A stretch of DNA of 51,079 bases from a virus. Lineage: Duplodnaviria; Caudoviricetes. Of this stretch, positions 27,628-37,418 are shown piece after piece. Position numbers and translations under genes: made by a program. The notes under the pieces are model-generated. The model was not told where the DNA came from, did not search any database, and worked only from the letters and a program-made list of their open reading frames with translations. Position 1 is the first letter of the stretch. Each line of letters starts with the position of its first letter. The DNA lies in the IMG/VR virus record IMGVR_UViG_3300006893_000011, positions 1 to 51,079 of that record, one strand, 5' to 3'.

Positions 27628-27978
27628 ATGATGATCAATAAGTCGAAGGAAATCGCTAAGAGCCTGATAGAGCTAACCGACGAAGTTAGAGGTCTTATCA
27701 GCACTTTTCCCAACAAACTAAACTGGCTCAATAAAACAAACGTCATGTCTATGGCGTCTGAGGAGATAAATAAGTTGGTCGTGGCGGTCACGCATCGTGA
27801 CAAGGAGAACGTTCTACTCCAGGATCAGCTAAGTGCCGCTGGTATGGAGATCATAAAGCTTGAGGCCGCAAATAGACAATTAGAGAATGAGTATACATCT
27901 TTCAAAGCCAGCATCACGTCGGAATATAAGGAGAGAATAGAAAAATCACACGAGTCTCTCCTTGAGAGCATCCAATGA
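27628..27978 (+). CDS. hypothetical coiled-coil protein
   Basis: GGAG RBS; AT-rich insert before ruvC. Confidence 0.6.
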   Translation: MMINKSKEIAKSLIELTDEVRGLISTFPNKLNWLNKTNVMSMASEEINKLVVAVTHRDKENVLLQDQLSAAGMEIIKLEAANRQLENEYTSFKASITSEYKERIEKSHESLLESIQ

Positions 27979-28460
27979 TAGTTTTGGGGCTCGATCCCGG
28001 TTTGGACGGCGCCTACGCCTTCTACAGCCCGGACACTGGATATCTCAGCGTCCATGATACGCCGACGATGGGAGACAAGAAGAAGCGCAGCATCAACGCT
28101 GCGCAGCTCGCCAGCGATATTAGGTGCCACTTGCCGTTTCCAATTTCGCCATTCGGCGTAACCGCCTTCGTCGAGGACGTACATGCGATGCAAGGTTGGG
28201 GCTCTGGCTCGGTTTTCAGGTTTGGCGAGTCCAAGGGCGTTCTCTTTGGTGTCCTCGGCGCGCTCGGCATCCCAATATTCCGCGTCGCGCCGCAGACCTG
28301 GAAGAAGAAGTTCGGTCTCAGTCGCGACAAGGGTGCTTCGCGCAAGCTCATCATCGAGATGTTTCCCAAGCAGGCCGATCGGTTTGCTCGGGTGATGGAC
28401 GACAACCGAGCTGAAGCAGCTCTAATCGCCAAATACGGCGCACAAAAACTCAAAGAATAA
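27975..28460 (+). CDS. RuvC-like Holliday junction resolvase
   Basis: LGLDPGLDGA, FVEDV, FRFG...G, VAPQTWKK, DNRAEAALIA. Confidence 0.85.
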   Translation: MIVLGLDPGLDGAYAFYSPDTGYLSVHDTPTMGDKKKRSINAAQLASDIRCHLPFPISPFGVTAFVEDVHAMQGWGSGSVFRFGESKGVLFGVLGALGIPIFRVAPQTWKKKFGLSRDKGASRKLIIEMFPKQADRFARVMDDNRAEAALIAKYGAQKLKE

Positions 28461-28491
28461 AACCGTTTTTCCTACCACATCGGAGAATATC

Positions 28492-29022
28492 GTGAAGCTC
28501 GGTTACACCGATCCGCCGTATATAAACTGCGCGCATCTCTACAAGAACCAGCCAGACTATGCCGGCGAGGTCGATCACGTCGCTCTCATCGATCGCCTGG
28601 AAAGTGAATTCGATGGCTGGGTCCTGCATACGAGCGCCACGCCAATAGCTATCGCCACGCTTGGGCCTCTTGTCCTCAAGACTGGCGCCAGATGGTGCTC
28701 GTGGGTCAAGGGCTTCGCTGCATTCAAGCGCAACGTATCTGTCGCTTATGCTTGGGAGCCGGTGATTATCAAGCCAGCGCGCAAGCCTGTCGTCAGCAAG
28801 CGCCTTGTCATGCGCGACTGGATTGAATGCTCAATCACGCTCAAGCGCGGATTGACCGGCGCGAAGCCAGAGGCGGTATGCCATTGGGCCTTTGAGTTGC
28901 TTGGAGCGCGGCCGGACGATGAGTTGTCCGATCTGTTTCCCGGCACCGGCGCCGTCTCGAAAGCGTGGTCAACGTGGCAGCGCAAGTTCACGCTTCCTGC
29001 TGACAACGAGCAGGCGGCCTAA
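28492..29022 (+). CDS. small beta-class amino (N6A/N4C) DNA methyltransferase
   Basis: DPPY near the N-terminus, AKP, DLFPGTG near the C-terminus; only 176 aa. Confidence 0.8.
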   Translation: MKLGYTDPPYINCAHLYKNQPDYAGEVDHVALIDRLESEFDGWVLHTSATPIAIATLGPLVLKTGARWCSWVKGFAAFKRNVSVAYAWEPVIIKPARKPVVSKRLVMRDWIECSITLKRGLTGAKPEAVCHWAFELLGARPDDELSDLFPGTGAVSKAWSTWQRKFTLPADNEQAA

Positions 29023-29024
29023 CC

Positions 29025-29678
29025 GTGTCAATCCTACCACATGACCACGTCTTCGCCGGGCTTGAACGGAATGGCTACCGCTTCGTTCTGCTCGATCCGC
29101 CGACGCGCTTTGTTGCCGGCACCAAAGGTCGGCCGCAACATTACACGCGCATGACCGACGTCGATATTGCGGCATTGCCGGTCGCCGATCTCATCCATCC
29201 TGATGGCGCTTGGATTGCCCTCTGGGTGACCAGCCCGAAGCTCTACGCGCCGAAAAAATCGAAGAAGGTATTGGCGCCAGACGACATGGTGCGCGCATGG
29301 GGAGCCCGCTATTCGGGCCGTGGATGGGTGTGGGTCAAGCTCAAGCGCAATCTCGAAGCCTGCGACTTCGATTACAGCGAGATAGTAGACGGCAAAGAAC
29401 TTCTGCACATGGGTATGGGCTTCACGACTCGCAAAAACGCCGAAGACTGTTTGTTGTTCCGCGTTGGCAGTCCGAAGCGCCTGGCGAAAGACGTTCATGA
29501 GATAATCATCTCTCCTGCTCGTGAGCATTCACGCAAGCCGGACGAAATCTTCAAGCGCATCGAGCGGTTCGCGCCAGGACCATATGTAGAGCTTTTTGCG
29601 AGAGAGCCACGTGCCGGCTGGGCGGTATGGGGAGATCAGATCGACGCATTTCAGCCTCCATTACTGGAGGCGGCATGA
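29025..29678 (+). CDS. third MT-A70 family protein (variant DPPT motif)
   Basis: LLDPPT, HYTRM, LWVT, GMGFTTRKNAE.CL, REHSRKPDE, YVELFAR..RAGW..WGD. Confidence 0.88.
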   Translation: MSILPHDHVFAGLERNGYRFVLLDPPTRFVAGTKGRPQHYTRMTDVDIAALPVADLIHPDGAWIALWVTSPKLYAPKKSKKVLAPDDMVRAWGARYSGRGWVWVKLKRNLEACDFDYSEIVDGKELLHMGMGFTTRKNAEDCLLFRVGSPKRLAKDVHEIIISPAREHSRKPDEIFKRIERFAPGPYVELFAREPRAGWAVWGDQIDAFQPPLLEAA

Positions 29679-30151
29679 CATTAGTTGTATCGCCGCTTAC
29701 GCTGAAACAACTCAATGAGTTCATCAGCAAGCATCACCGGCATCACAAACCAGTTCAAGGTCATCGCTTTTCTCTCGGTGTGAGTAACGATGGTTTGTTT
29801 GTTGGCGCGTGTTCCGTAGGACGTCCAGTCGCCAGAGGTTGCGATCCCTATTCAGTTGCCGAGGTTACGCGGCTCGTTACCGATGGGACCAAGAACGCAT
29901 GCTCCATCCTGTACGCAGCTGCGGCCCGCGCTTGCAAGGCGATGGGTTTCAAGAGTATCCAAACGTACATCCTGGAAGATGAATTAGGCACTTCACTCAA
30001 AGCGTCAGGATGGCGCCTAAGTGGCCATACAGCAGGGGGCCAGTGGACCCACACAAGCGGACCAAGGCGCACGGACCAGCCGACTTGCCCTAAGCAGCGC
30101 TGGATAAAAGACCTGAATGCTGATTCCTCCAAAGTTTTGGAGGCGGCATGA
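29675..30151 (+). CDS. XF1762-like, Mom-related GNAT-fold protein
   Basis: FI.KHHRHH, VG....GRPVAR, EVTRL, NACSILY, IQTY..E..GTSLKASGW. Confidence 0.75.
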   Translation: MTLVVSPLTLKQLNEFISKHHRHHKPVQGHRFSLGVSNDGLFVGACSVGRPVARGCDPYSVAEVTRLVTDGTKNACSILYAAAARACKAMGFKSIQTYILEDELGTSLKASGWRLSGHTAGGQWTHTSGPRRTDQPTCPKQRWIKDLNADSSKVLEAA

Positions 30152-30564
30152 CCATCGATCAGGATAAAGCTGCCAAGCTCATCCGCATGCTGTCTTCACC
30201 CAATGAAGGTGAAGTGCTCAATGCCGCGCGTTTGCTCAACAAGATGGACATTCACGCCGTCGCCAATCTCGTCAACGGCGGCCATCCCGAAGTCCTCGCC
30301 TTCCGCGATGCGGAACGTCACATGCGCGGCGAAAGGGACGCCGAAGTCAGCGAAGTCATCGGCCGCTTCGTCAACGACTTTCCGGAGATGCACCCAAGTG
30401 ATTTCACCCGCAGCAACATCCGCTCGATTAGAAAGTTCATAACCGCTCTGGGAATCGAGGAAGTCTGCGATGCCGTCGAAATCGCCAGCGAGCGCGTGAG
30501 CGCCGACAAAGCGTTCCGTTACTTCTGCGGCATCTGCCGGAATCGCATGCAGGAGGCGGCATGA
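30148..30564 (+). CDS. phage hypothetical protein
   Basis: KLIRMLSSPNEGEVLNAA N-terminus and FRYFCGIC C-terminus; ATGA-coupled. Confidence 0.65.
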   Translation: MTIDQDKAAKLIRMLSSPNEGEVLNAARLLNKMDIHAVANLVNGGHPEVLAFRDAERHMRGERDAEVSEVIGRFVNDFPEMHPSDFTRSNIRSIRKFITALGIEEVCDAVEIASERVSADKAFRYFCGICRNRMQEAA

Positions 30565-31352
30565 TGACCGAAATCCAGATTGAACAATATCAACGCGACG
30601 GTCATATCACCCTGCGCAACGTGTGTGATCAGGAAGGCCTTGCGCGGTATCGTAAGGCGATTCTTGCCGCCGTCGAACAACTTAATCCTGCTGCGAAATC
30701 TCTGGAAAAGCACGACACTTACAGCAAGGCGTTCCTACAGACTTGCCGTTTGCAGGAAGCCGATGAGCATGTGCGGCGCTTTGTTTTTGCGAAGCGTTTT
30801 GCGCAGATCGCCGGCTCGTTAATGAGAGTGAACGCTGTACGGCTGTATCACGATCAGGCGCTTTTCAAGGAAGCAGGCGGCGGCCACACACCTTGGCATC
30901 AGGACCAGTTCTATTGGCCGCTTGATACAACTAACACCATCACGATGTGGATGCCGCTGGTAGACGTTTCGCAAGAAATGGGAACGATGTATTTTGCGAG
31001 CGGCTCGCATTTAGATGGTCTTGCCGGGCATTTTGAAATCTCTGACGCTTCAGAAGAAGCATACACCACGCTCATCAAGGAACGTGGCTACAAACTGTCG
31101 AGATGCGGAGACATGAAAGCCGGCGATGCGTCTTTCCATTCTGGTCTTGTCTTGCACGGTGCCTCGGGCAATTTCACCAAAAAACAGCGCGAGGTAATGA
31201 CAGTGATCTACTACGAAGATGGCGCGCGCTTAATGGAGCCAGACAATCCAAATCGCGCCAATGTTTTAACGAATGATTTTCGCTGCCTAAAACCCGGAGA
31301 CAGAGCTGTAACTCCCAGGAATCCTGTTTTGTGGTGCAGGGAGGCGGCCTGA
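30561..31352 (+). CDS. phytanoyl-CoA dioxygenase (PhyH) family 2OG-Fe(II) dioxygenase
   Basis: Y.RDG, TPWHQD (HxD), W.PL, GSH, GD..FH...LHG (distal H), N....R. Confidence 0.9.
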   Translation: MMTEIQIEQYQRDGHITLRNVCDQEGLARYRKAILAAVEQLNPAAKSLEKHDTYSKAFLQTCRLQEADEHVRRFVFAKRFAQIAGSLMRVNAVRLYHDQALFKEAGGGHTPWHQDQFYWPLDTTNTITMWMPLVDVSQEMGTMYFASGSHLDGLAGHFEISDASEEAYTTLIKERGYKLSRCGDMKAGDASFHSGLVLHGASGNFTKKQREVMTVIYYEDGARLMEPDNPNRANVLTNDFRCLKPGDRAVTPRNPVLWCREAA

Positions 31353-31916
31353 ATGGCGCGTATCCGCACTGTCAAGCCAGAATTCTGGACTGATGCAAAG
31401 ACAGGCACGCTGTCTGAACTCAGCAAGTGCCTGTTCATCGGCATGCTGAATCACTGCGACGATTACGGTGTGCTTGAGTGGTCGACGCCGGAATGGAAGG
31501 TTAAGATTTTCCCATACTCACTGAGCACTCACGGAGTGCTCACGGAGGTGATTTGCAAAGAATTCCTGCCTCGCGGACTGCTCACAATCTTTGATCGGAC
31601 CGTCTCAGACGGTGAAATCAAGCGCTATGTCTTCATCCGAAACTTCGACAAGCATCAGGTCATCAACAGGCCAAGCAAACCGGTGCTCTCTGACTGGAGA
31701 AAATCAGACACGCCAGCAAGTTATGCGAGACGGTTAGGAGAGAAGTACAGCGACGTGACTGCCTTGCTGATGGATGACTCAGTGAGCGCTCACGGAGTCT
31801 TCACTGATCACTCATCACCGGAAGGGAAAGGAAGGGAAGGGAAGGGGAAAGGAAAAGAGACATACCAAGAAGAAGGATTCTTAGTAAATGAGGATGGCGT
31901 CGTATGCGAACGGTAG
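31353..31916 (+). CDS. phage replication initiator-like protein (N-terminal wHTH)
   Basis: MARIRTVKPEFW...LFIG....DDYG...NFDKHQ.INRPS, then an EGKGREGKG linker. Confidence 0.7.
   Translation: MARIRTVKPEFWTDAKTGTLSELSKCLFIGMLNHCDDYGVLEWSTPEWKVKIFPYSLSTHGVLTEVICKEFLPRGLLTIFDRTVSDGEIKRYVFIRNFDKHQVINRPSKPVLSDWRKSDTPASYARRLGEKYSDVTALLMDDSVSAHGVFTDHSSPEGKGREGKGKGKETYQEEGFLVNEDGVVCER
31516..31814 (+). repeat. 11-bp iteron-like repeats inside the initiator gene (candidate origin)
   Basis: ACTCACTGAGC, ACTCACGGAGT, GCTCACGGAGG at 31516-31548; ACTCAGTGAGC, GCTCACGGAGT, CTTCACTGATC at 31777-31809. Confidence 0.6.
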
Positions 31917-32848
31917 AAGCATCTCATGGTCGCTGGCATGAAATCCTCCCGCGTCTCGGCGTGCCGGCTCAGTTCCTCAACGGCAAGCATCAGCCCTGCC
32001 CTATCTGCGGCGGTCGTGATCGCGCACGGTTTGATGACCGCCAAGGTGATGGTGATTATTTCTGCTCGCAATGCGGTGCCGGAAAGGGACTGAAGCTCGT
32101 GATGGAAGTGAACGGCTGGGACTACGCCGAGGCTGCCAAGCGCGTCGATGAAATCATCGGGAATCTTCCTGAAGATGCGCCTGCGCGTCCTGAGCCGAAG
32201 AAAGTCGACCATAAAGCCGCATTACGCGAACTGTGGAAGCGCAGCCAGCCAATAGCCGCCGGCGATCCTGCATGGCTCTACCTCTACTCCCGCGGACTGA
32301 AGGTCGTATCGGAAGCTCTCCGATATGTCCCTGGCATGTATCACTCGGAGACCAAATCAGAGCATCCTGGAATGATTGCCATGGTCTGCGACCAGCATGG
32401 CAAGCCTGCAACGTTGCACCGCACGTATCTGACGAAGGACGGCAAAAAAGCGTTCGCTGAAAAATGCCGCAAGATGATGCCGGGAGAGCTTCCGAAGGGC
32501 GGCGCTATTCGTCTTAGGCCGATGGAGGCCGATAGGAAGCTTGGCGTAGCAGAAGGAATCGAAACGGCGTTATCAGCCGGGTATCTCAATAGCGTTCCTG
32601 TTTGGTCCACGACATCGGAAGCCCTCTTGCAGGTCTGGCAGCCTCCGAAGGAAGCCAAGCATGTGGTGGTCTTCGGCGACAGTGATCTGAACTTCGTTGG
32701 CCAGAATGCGGCCTACGCCTTAGCTAAACGCCTAGCAATCGAGAACGGCCTAAAAGTCGAAGTCATTATTCCGGACCGCGCTGGTTACGACTGGAACGAT
32801 GTTCTGCTGCAACGAGGGGGATGTGGAGTAAATGCTCAAGCTGCGTGA
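31904..32848 (+). CDS. primase (Zn-binding plus Toprim, P4 alpha-like)
   Basis: HQPCPICGGRDR.RFDD...CSQCGAG, HRTYL, GVAEGIETALS, FGDSD. Confidence 0.9.
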   Translation: MRTVEASHGRWHEILPRLGVPAQFLNGKHQPCPICGGRDRARFDDRQGDGDYFCSQCGAGKGLKLVMEVNGWDYAEAAKRVDEIIGNLPEDAPARPEPKKVDHKAALRELWKRSQPIAAGDPAWLYLYSRGLKVVSEALRYVPGMYHSETKSEHPGMIAMVCDQHGKPATLHRTYLTKDGKKAFAEKCRKMMPGELPKGGAIRLRPMEADRKLGVAEGIETALSAGYLNSVPVWSTTSEALLQVWQPPKEAKHVVVFGDSDLNFVGQNAAYALAKRLAIENGLKVEVIIPDRAGYDWNDVLLQRGGCGVNAQAA

Positions 32849-34343
32849 TGATCAGGACGATGCTCTGAATCTTCTGCGCGCCTCGATTGCGCGCGGTAAC
32901 CGTCGCATCGTCATGAAAGCTCCGACTGGATTCGGCAAGACCATCCTCTCTGGGCAGATCGTATCCAATGCTCGTAACAAGGATAAGCACGTACTTTTCA
33001 CCGTGCCTAAGATCAATCTTGTCGATCAAACCATCGAGAAGTTCTCAAAGCATGGTATTTACGATACCGGCGTGATCCAGGCGCAGCACGAAATGACCGA
33101 TTGGCGGCAGCCAGTCCAAATCGCCAGTGTGCAAACATTGATGCGTCGCACGATCCCACAGGCCGATCTTGCGCTGGTCGATGAAACTCACATCTGGTTC
33201 AAGTTTTATGAGAAATGGTTCTTGGACCCGGCGTGGAAGAACATTCCGATCATTGGTCTGTCGGCGACGCCTTGGACGAAAGGTCTTGGTGCCTATTACG
33301 ATGATTTAATCATCGCGAGCACGACACAAGAACTGATCGAAGCTGGGCATCTGTCTCAGTTCCGCGTGTTTGCTCCGAGTCATCCAGATTTGTCAGGAGT
33401 TCGCACGGTCGCCGGCGATTATGTTGAGGATGAGCTGGCGCATGTGATGAGCGACAAGCTCCTTGTCGCTGACATCGTTGATACCTGGCTGGCAAAGGGC
33501 AGAGGCCGTCCGACGCTCTGTTTCGCCGTCAACCGTGATCATGCGCAAACGCTGGTCGAGCGCTTCGAGGCTGCCGGCGTCAGAGTCGGTTATCAGGACG
33601 CCTTTACGAAGAAGGATGAGCGCCGTCAGATCGAGCGCGACTTTGCTGATGGCTCTATCGAGGTAGTGATCAGCATTGGCACGCTGACGACTGGCATTGA
33701 TTGGGACGCTCGCTGCATTATTCTCGCACGTCCGACGAAGTCTGAGATGCTGTTCGTCCAGATGATCGGCCGCGGGCTTCGTACTGCTGATGGCAAAGAC
33801 TTCTGTTTGATCCTCGATCACACCGACACGCATCTTCGTATGGGCTTTGTGACCGACGTCGACGCCAAGCATACCGGCCTTAACAACGGTCGCACTAATA
33901 CCGGCGTTGATAAGAGCATCGAGGGTAAAATCAGATTGCCGACAGAATGTCCGTCATGCGGCGGTCTCAAGCCGCCGAGTATGAGCAAATGCCAGAGCTG
34001 TGGCTTTGTCTCCGCGCACGTCGCCAGCGTCGAGGAGAAGCTGAAAGAAGGTAAGGGCGAGTTGGAGGAGTTGAAACCGAAGAAGGGCGAAGTCAAGAAC
34101 GCCACTATGGCAGAGAAATCGACATTCCTTTCTGAACTGAAGGGCTACTGCGTTCAGAAGGGTTACAAGGATGGATGGGCTTCAAATAAATACAAGGAGA
34201 GATTCGGGGTGTGGCCTGATCACAGCATCAGGGACTCTGGGCCAGCAAGTCCGAACGCGCAAACATTGTCGTGGATCAAGAGTCGTCAAATCGCATGGGC
34301 GAAGTCGAAACGAAACTCAAGCAACCAGGCTGTAGCAGCCTGA
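32832..34343 (+). CDS. SF2 (DEAD/DEAH-like) helicase with C-terminal Zn ribbon
   Basis: [39 protein letters not shown]. Confidence 0.92.
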   Translation: MLKLRDDQDDALNLLRASIARGNRRIVMKAPTGFGKTILSGQIVSNARNKDKHVLFTVPKINLVDQTIEKFSKHGIYDTGVIQAQHEMTDWRQPVQIASVQTLMRRTIPQADLALVDETHIWFKFYEKWFLDPAWKNIPIIGLSATPWTKGLGAYYDDLIIASTTQELIEAGHLSQFRVFAPSHPDLSGVRTVAGDYVEDELAHVMSDKLLVADIVDTWLAKGRGRPTLCFAVNRDHAQTLVERFEAAGVRVGYQDAFTKKDERRQIERDFADGSIEVVISIGTLTTGIDWDARCIILARPTKSEMLFVQMIGRGLRTADGKDFCLILDHTDTHLRMGFVTDVDAKHTGLNNGRTNTGVDKSIEGKIRLPTECPSCGGLKPPSMSKCQSCGFVSAHVASVEEKLKEGKGELEELKPKKGEVKNATMAEKSTFLSELKGYCVQKGYKDGWASNKYKERFGVWPDHSIRDSGPASPNAQTLSWIKSRQIAWAKSKRNSSNQAVAA

Positions 34344-34368
34344 CAATCTACCACAAGGAGAACTGAAA

Positions 34369-34815
34369 ATGGCATCTGTGAATCAAGTTACTCTCGTCGG
34401 CAATCTCGGCGCTGATCCAGAAGTCCGCCGCACCCAGGACGGGCGGCCAATCGCAAACCTGCGGGTTGCCACGTCGGAAAGTTGGAAGGACAAGCAGACT
34501 GGCGAAAAGAGAGAAAAGACCGAATGGCACCGGTGTGTGATCTTCAGCGAAGGTCTCGCCAAGATCGCCGAGCAGTACCTAAAGAAGGGCTCCAAGGTCT
34601 TCCTCCAGGGAGCATTGCAGACACGCAAGTGGCAGGACCAGTCCGGCCAGGACAAGTATTCCACCGAGGTGGTGCTGCAAGGCTATCGTGCGCAATTGGT
34701 TATGCTTGATGGCGCCAAGGGCGACGGCGGTTCGCGCCGTAGCAGTAGCGACGAATCGACCGGCGGCTTCGGCTCCGAGGGTAGCAGCTCTCGCAACGAC
34801 GAGATTCCTTTTTAA
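34369..34815 (+). CDS. ssb: single-stranded DNA-binding protein
   Basis: [32 protein letters not shown]-terminal DEIPF. Confidence 0.97.
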   Translation: MASVNQVTLVGNLGADPEVRRTQDGRPIANLRVATSESWKDKQTGEKREKTEWHRCVIFSEGLAKIAEQYLKKGSKVFLQGALQTRKWQDQSGQDKYSTEVVLQGYRAQLVMLDGAKGDGGSRRSSSDESTGGFGSEGSSSRNDEIPF

Positions 34816-34864
34816 AGGAATCTCTCGTCACTTTGAAATTCACGTACTACAGGAAAAACAGAAA

Positions 34865-35182
34865 ATGTCCCCTACCACAATATTTCCGAAGGTCTCCACT
34901 GCTGTCGATCTTGAGTTATTCATCAAGGCGGCAAAGCCCGGCGAGGCGTGCATCTATCACATCGGCTATCTGGTCAAGGATCGTGACTATCAGTTCAACA
35001 GTGGCAGCTCGATGAGCACGCTTGTTGACCAGATCGGCAGCACCGCCTGGGTCATGGAAGAAGAAGGCGCGGTCTATCTATTCCAGCGCCGTCTCGACAA
35101 CGACGTCTATGAATATCTCGCCGTGCGCAGCGAGAAGTTGGCGGCGATTGCGGAAATGCCTATCGAAGCTCTGGCGGCGTGA
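34865..35182 (+). CDS. phage hypothetical protein
   Basis: YHIGYL..DR...LFQRR....YEYLAVR. Confidence 0.6.
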   Translation: MSPTTIFPKVSTAVDLELFIKAAKPGEACIYHIGYLVKDRDYQFNSGSSMSTLVDQIGSTAWVMEEEGAVYLFQRRLDNDVYEYLAVRSEKLAAIAEMPIEALAA

Positions 35183-35185
35183 GGA

Positions 35186-35527
35186 TTGCAGATGGTTGCC
35201 GAAATGAAATGGGACGACGCAGACGAGTGTTATGTTTCGTTGGCGTTGGGTCAGGCGCGTGATTCTTTTTTGCGCATCGACCGTCAGTTCACTGGGCCTG
35301 AATTGGTTATGGAAGCCATAAAGACCACAATTGATATTGACGGCAGATTCGTTGCGGCAACTCCGGAAGGACCAAAGAGACTAAAGGCGCAGCGCTGGGC
35401 GGCTGGCTTCATACAGAGGAGGAAGCTGAGGAAATTTTCAAACAGAGAATGTTTGACGTTGCTAACGGCGAATCTATTGAAAAGGTCTTCGGCTTTAACG
35501 TCGAAGCGTCGCCAGACGAGCTTTTGA
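35186..35527 (+). CDS. phage hypothetical protein
   Basis: Co-oriented, follows an RBS. Confidence 0.45.
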   Translation: MQMVAEMKWDDADECYVSLALGQARDSFLRIDRQFTGPELVMEAIKTTIDIDGRFVAATPEGPKRLKAQRWAAGFIQRRKLRKFSNRECLTLLTANLLKRSSALTSKRRQTSF

Positions 35528-36009
35528 TGAAGGATTCGGTCATTCGTGTTTTTCGCCTATGTCTACGGCAGCGTCCTCCCTATCTGCACTGCGAAAACAG
35601 AGGCGGCAAATCTGTATGGTATGTCCGCATCGGTCGCGGCAGCAAGGGAAAGCGTATCTGTTTGCATAGTGTCTACGATACGCCAGAATTCAAAGCAGAG
35701 TACGATGCCGCCATCGCAGATATCGCGCCAAACTGGGAGCAAGAAGCGAAAGAGCAGGTCGACCGCGATTGGCGGATTCTCCGTCTGTGGGCATACGCCG
35801 ACATGAATGCGGTCGCGATCATCAAAGGCCAGCGACAGAAAGTTCGCCACAGCGAAATCGGAAGAATCACCGGCGTTACCCAATCGATGGCTGCCGACCT
35901 GAAAGCCAAACAGAGCGTCGCAATCTGGCGTCAAGTCGAGCGGTTATTGCCTCCGCAGGCTCCGGAGATTCATTTGTTGGGGGACATTCATTATGGCCAC
36001 GCGGCCTGA
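35449..36009 (+). CDS. hypothetical protein containing an integrase N-terminal-like segment
   Basis: PPYLH.E.R.GK.VWYVR.G...RI.L...YDTPEF.AEY.AA. Confidence 0.5.
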   Translation: MFDVANGESIEKVFGFNVEASPDELLMKDSVIRVFRLCLRQRPPYLHCENRGGKSVWYVRIGRGSKGKRICLHSVYDTPEFKAEYDAAIADIAPNWEQEAKEQVDRDWRILRLWAYADMNAVAIIKGQRQKVRHSEIGRITGVTQSMAADLKAKQSVAIWRQVERLLPPQAPEIHLLGDIHYGHAA

Positions 36010-36421
36010 CATTCCAGATGAATTGTATTCTATTTTCGTTATCGCTCCCAGCGACCAGCCCCGTCCGATCAAGGTGGCATGTAGTTTCTGGCCAGTCGAT
36101 TACCTCAGCGCGACCAAGAGTCAGGAGGCACGACAGTTGGTCATTCACTCGTTGTTTTGGGTGACCGACAGGAAGCTGGCAGTTCATATAGCGAAAAGGT
36201 GCAGGCACATCTTCAAGAAGGCTGGCAAAGACCCTCTGGGAGGATGGTTTGACGTCACCGGCGAGTGGGCGGTCAAGGTCATCGTTTTTGCCGCCAACGA
36301 TGCCGGCATACGGCTCTATAACGAGGCTGAAGCGCGCGCCATGAAGACTGCTTTCCTGGCGGAGATCGGCGAGCTGGTTGGTGCTGGTATGTGCTTGACA
36401 AAATGGAAAAAATCGGTATAA
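35993..36421 (+). CDS. degenerate GIY-YIG (T5orf172/MUG113-like) protein
   Basis: YSIFVI....PIKV..S..P...L...GGWFDV. Confidence 0.5.
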   Translation: MATRPDIPDELYSIFVIAPSDQPRPIKVACSFWPVDYLSATKSQEARQLVIHSLFWVTDRKLAVHIAKRCRHIFKKAGKDPLGGWFDVTGEWAVKVIVFAANDAGIRLYNEAEARAMKTAFLAEIGELVGAGMCLTKWKKSV

Positions 36422-36754
36422 TGTCCTTTAGAATTCCGGAAATACTCCAGTTTTAGAGTAGCCGCGCCTGCGGTTTCAACGCCGCTTTTGCGTGGAATGG
36501 AACCTTTATGATTTTTTTCTTGATTTTCCAATATAAAAAACCCATAGTCCAGCCGACTGAGAGGGCTCCCTCAGCCAATTTCTGGTCTTTTCCATGGCTC
36601 CGAAGTTGGTGACGTGGGTCTCAGTCGATTCTGTGGTAGGAATCAAGCCAACTTGGGCACGGCGGATTCAACCCCGCCGTGCCCCTTTTTAACTCCCTCT
36701 CGCGGGTATTTTCAAGCATTAACTTTGCGTCTGATGTCATACCTTCGGACTGCA

Positions 36755-37096
36755 TTAGACCGGCAATACCCGTATTCCTGCTTTTACCGCCTGCATAACC
36801 ATATTCGCGGTCCCGCGACCGCCCGCGAAGGCGACGACTAAGTCGGGCTTCCATTCCAGCATACGAGCATTGCGTTTTGGGCCAGCTGCTTTGCCGAATT
36901 TTTCCCATTCCGCACGACAGACGTAACGCTTAATCTCCGGTTTCGTTGCCGCCCATTCGGAAGACATCTTGTCGACTCCATTCGCCCCGCCCTGCATCAG
37001 CGCAGTGAATGGCCGTTCGGCGTGGAGCACGTCGAGGATTCTCTGGACTTGTGCCGGACTCCGAAAGTTGCGGCCTCCGCAAACAAGAACTTTCAT
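36755..37096 (-). CDS. YspA/DUF2493 SLOG-family protein
   Basis: MKVLVCGGR.F, QGGA.G.D, AEW..FGKAAGP.RN..ML, VVAF.GGRGT.NM. Confidence 0.85.
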   Translation of the reverse strand: MKVLVCGGRNFRSPAQVQRILDVLHAERPFTALMQGGANGVDKMSSEWAATKPEIKRYVCRAEWEKFGKAAGPKRNARMLEWKPDLVVAFAGGRGTANMVMQAVKAGIRVLPV

Positions 37097-37356
37097 GACT
37101 TGGCGCCGTATGGCTTGAGCCCGGCCAGCAGAGCAGCACAGGCCAGCGCGACATAGAGCGGCGCTCCGTCCTGCTCTGACGCACGCAGGAAGCCGCGTGA
37201 CATGCCGAGCCGGGCCGCGGCGTCGCGTTCTGACAACCCCATCTCGTTCCGCCATGCAGCGAACTCGCCAGCCTTCATCGGCCGGCCCATAGCTTCCCAA
37301 TCCTTGATCGGCTTGCGTGGCGTGCGCTGCCGTGGTTCTTTCTTCCTGGTCGTCAT
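37093..37356 (-). CDS. small XRE HTH regulator
   Basis: FAAWRNEMGLSERDAAARLGMSR...LACAAL; palindromic operator directly upstream. Confidence 0.8.
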   Translation of the reverse strand: MTTRKKEPRQRTPRKPIKDWEAMGRPMKAGEFAAWRNEMGLSERDAAARLGMSRGFLRASEQDGAPLYVALACAALLAGLKPYGAKS

Positions 37357-37418
37357 TCCTTCAGACTCTCCACTTCCAATTGATTCGTTTGGTTCAGATA
37401 TAAACCATAAACGCTAGG

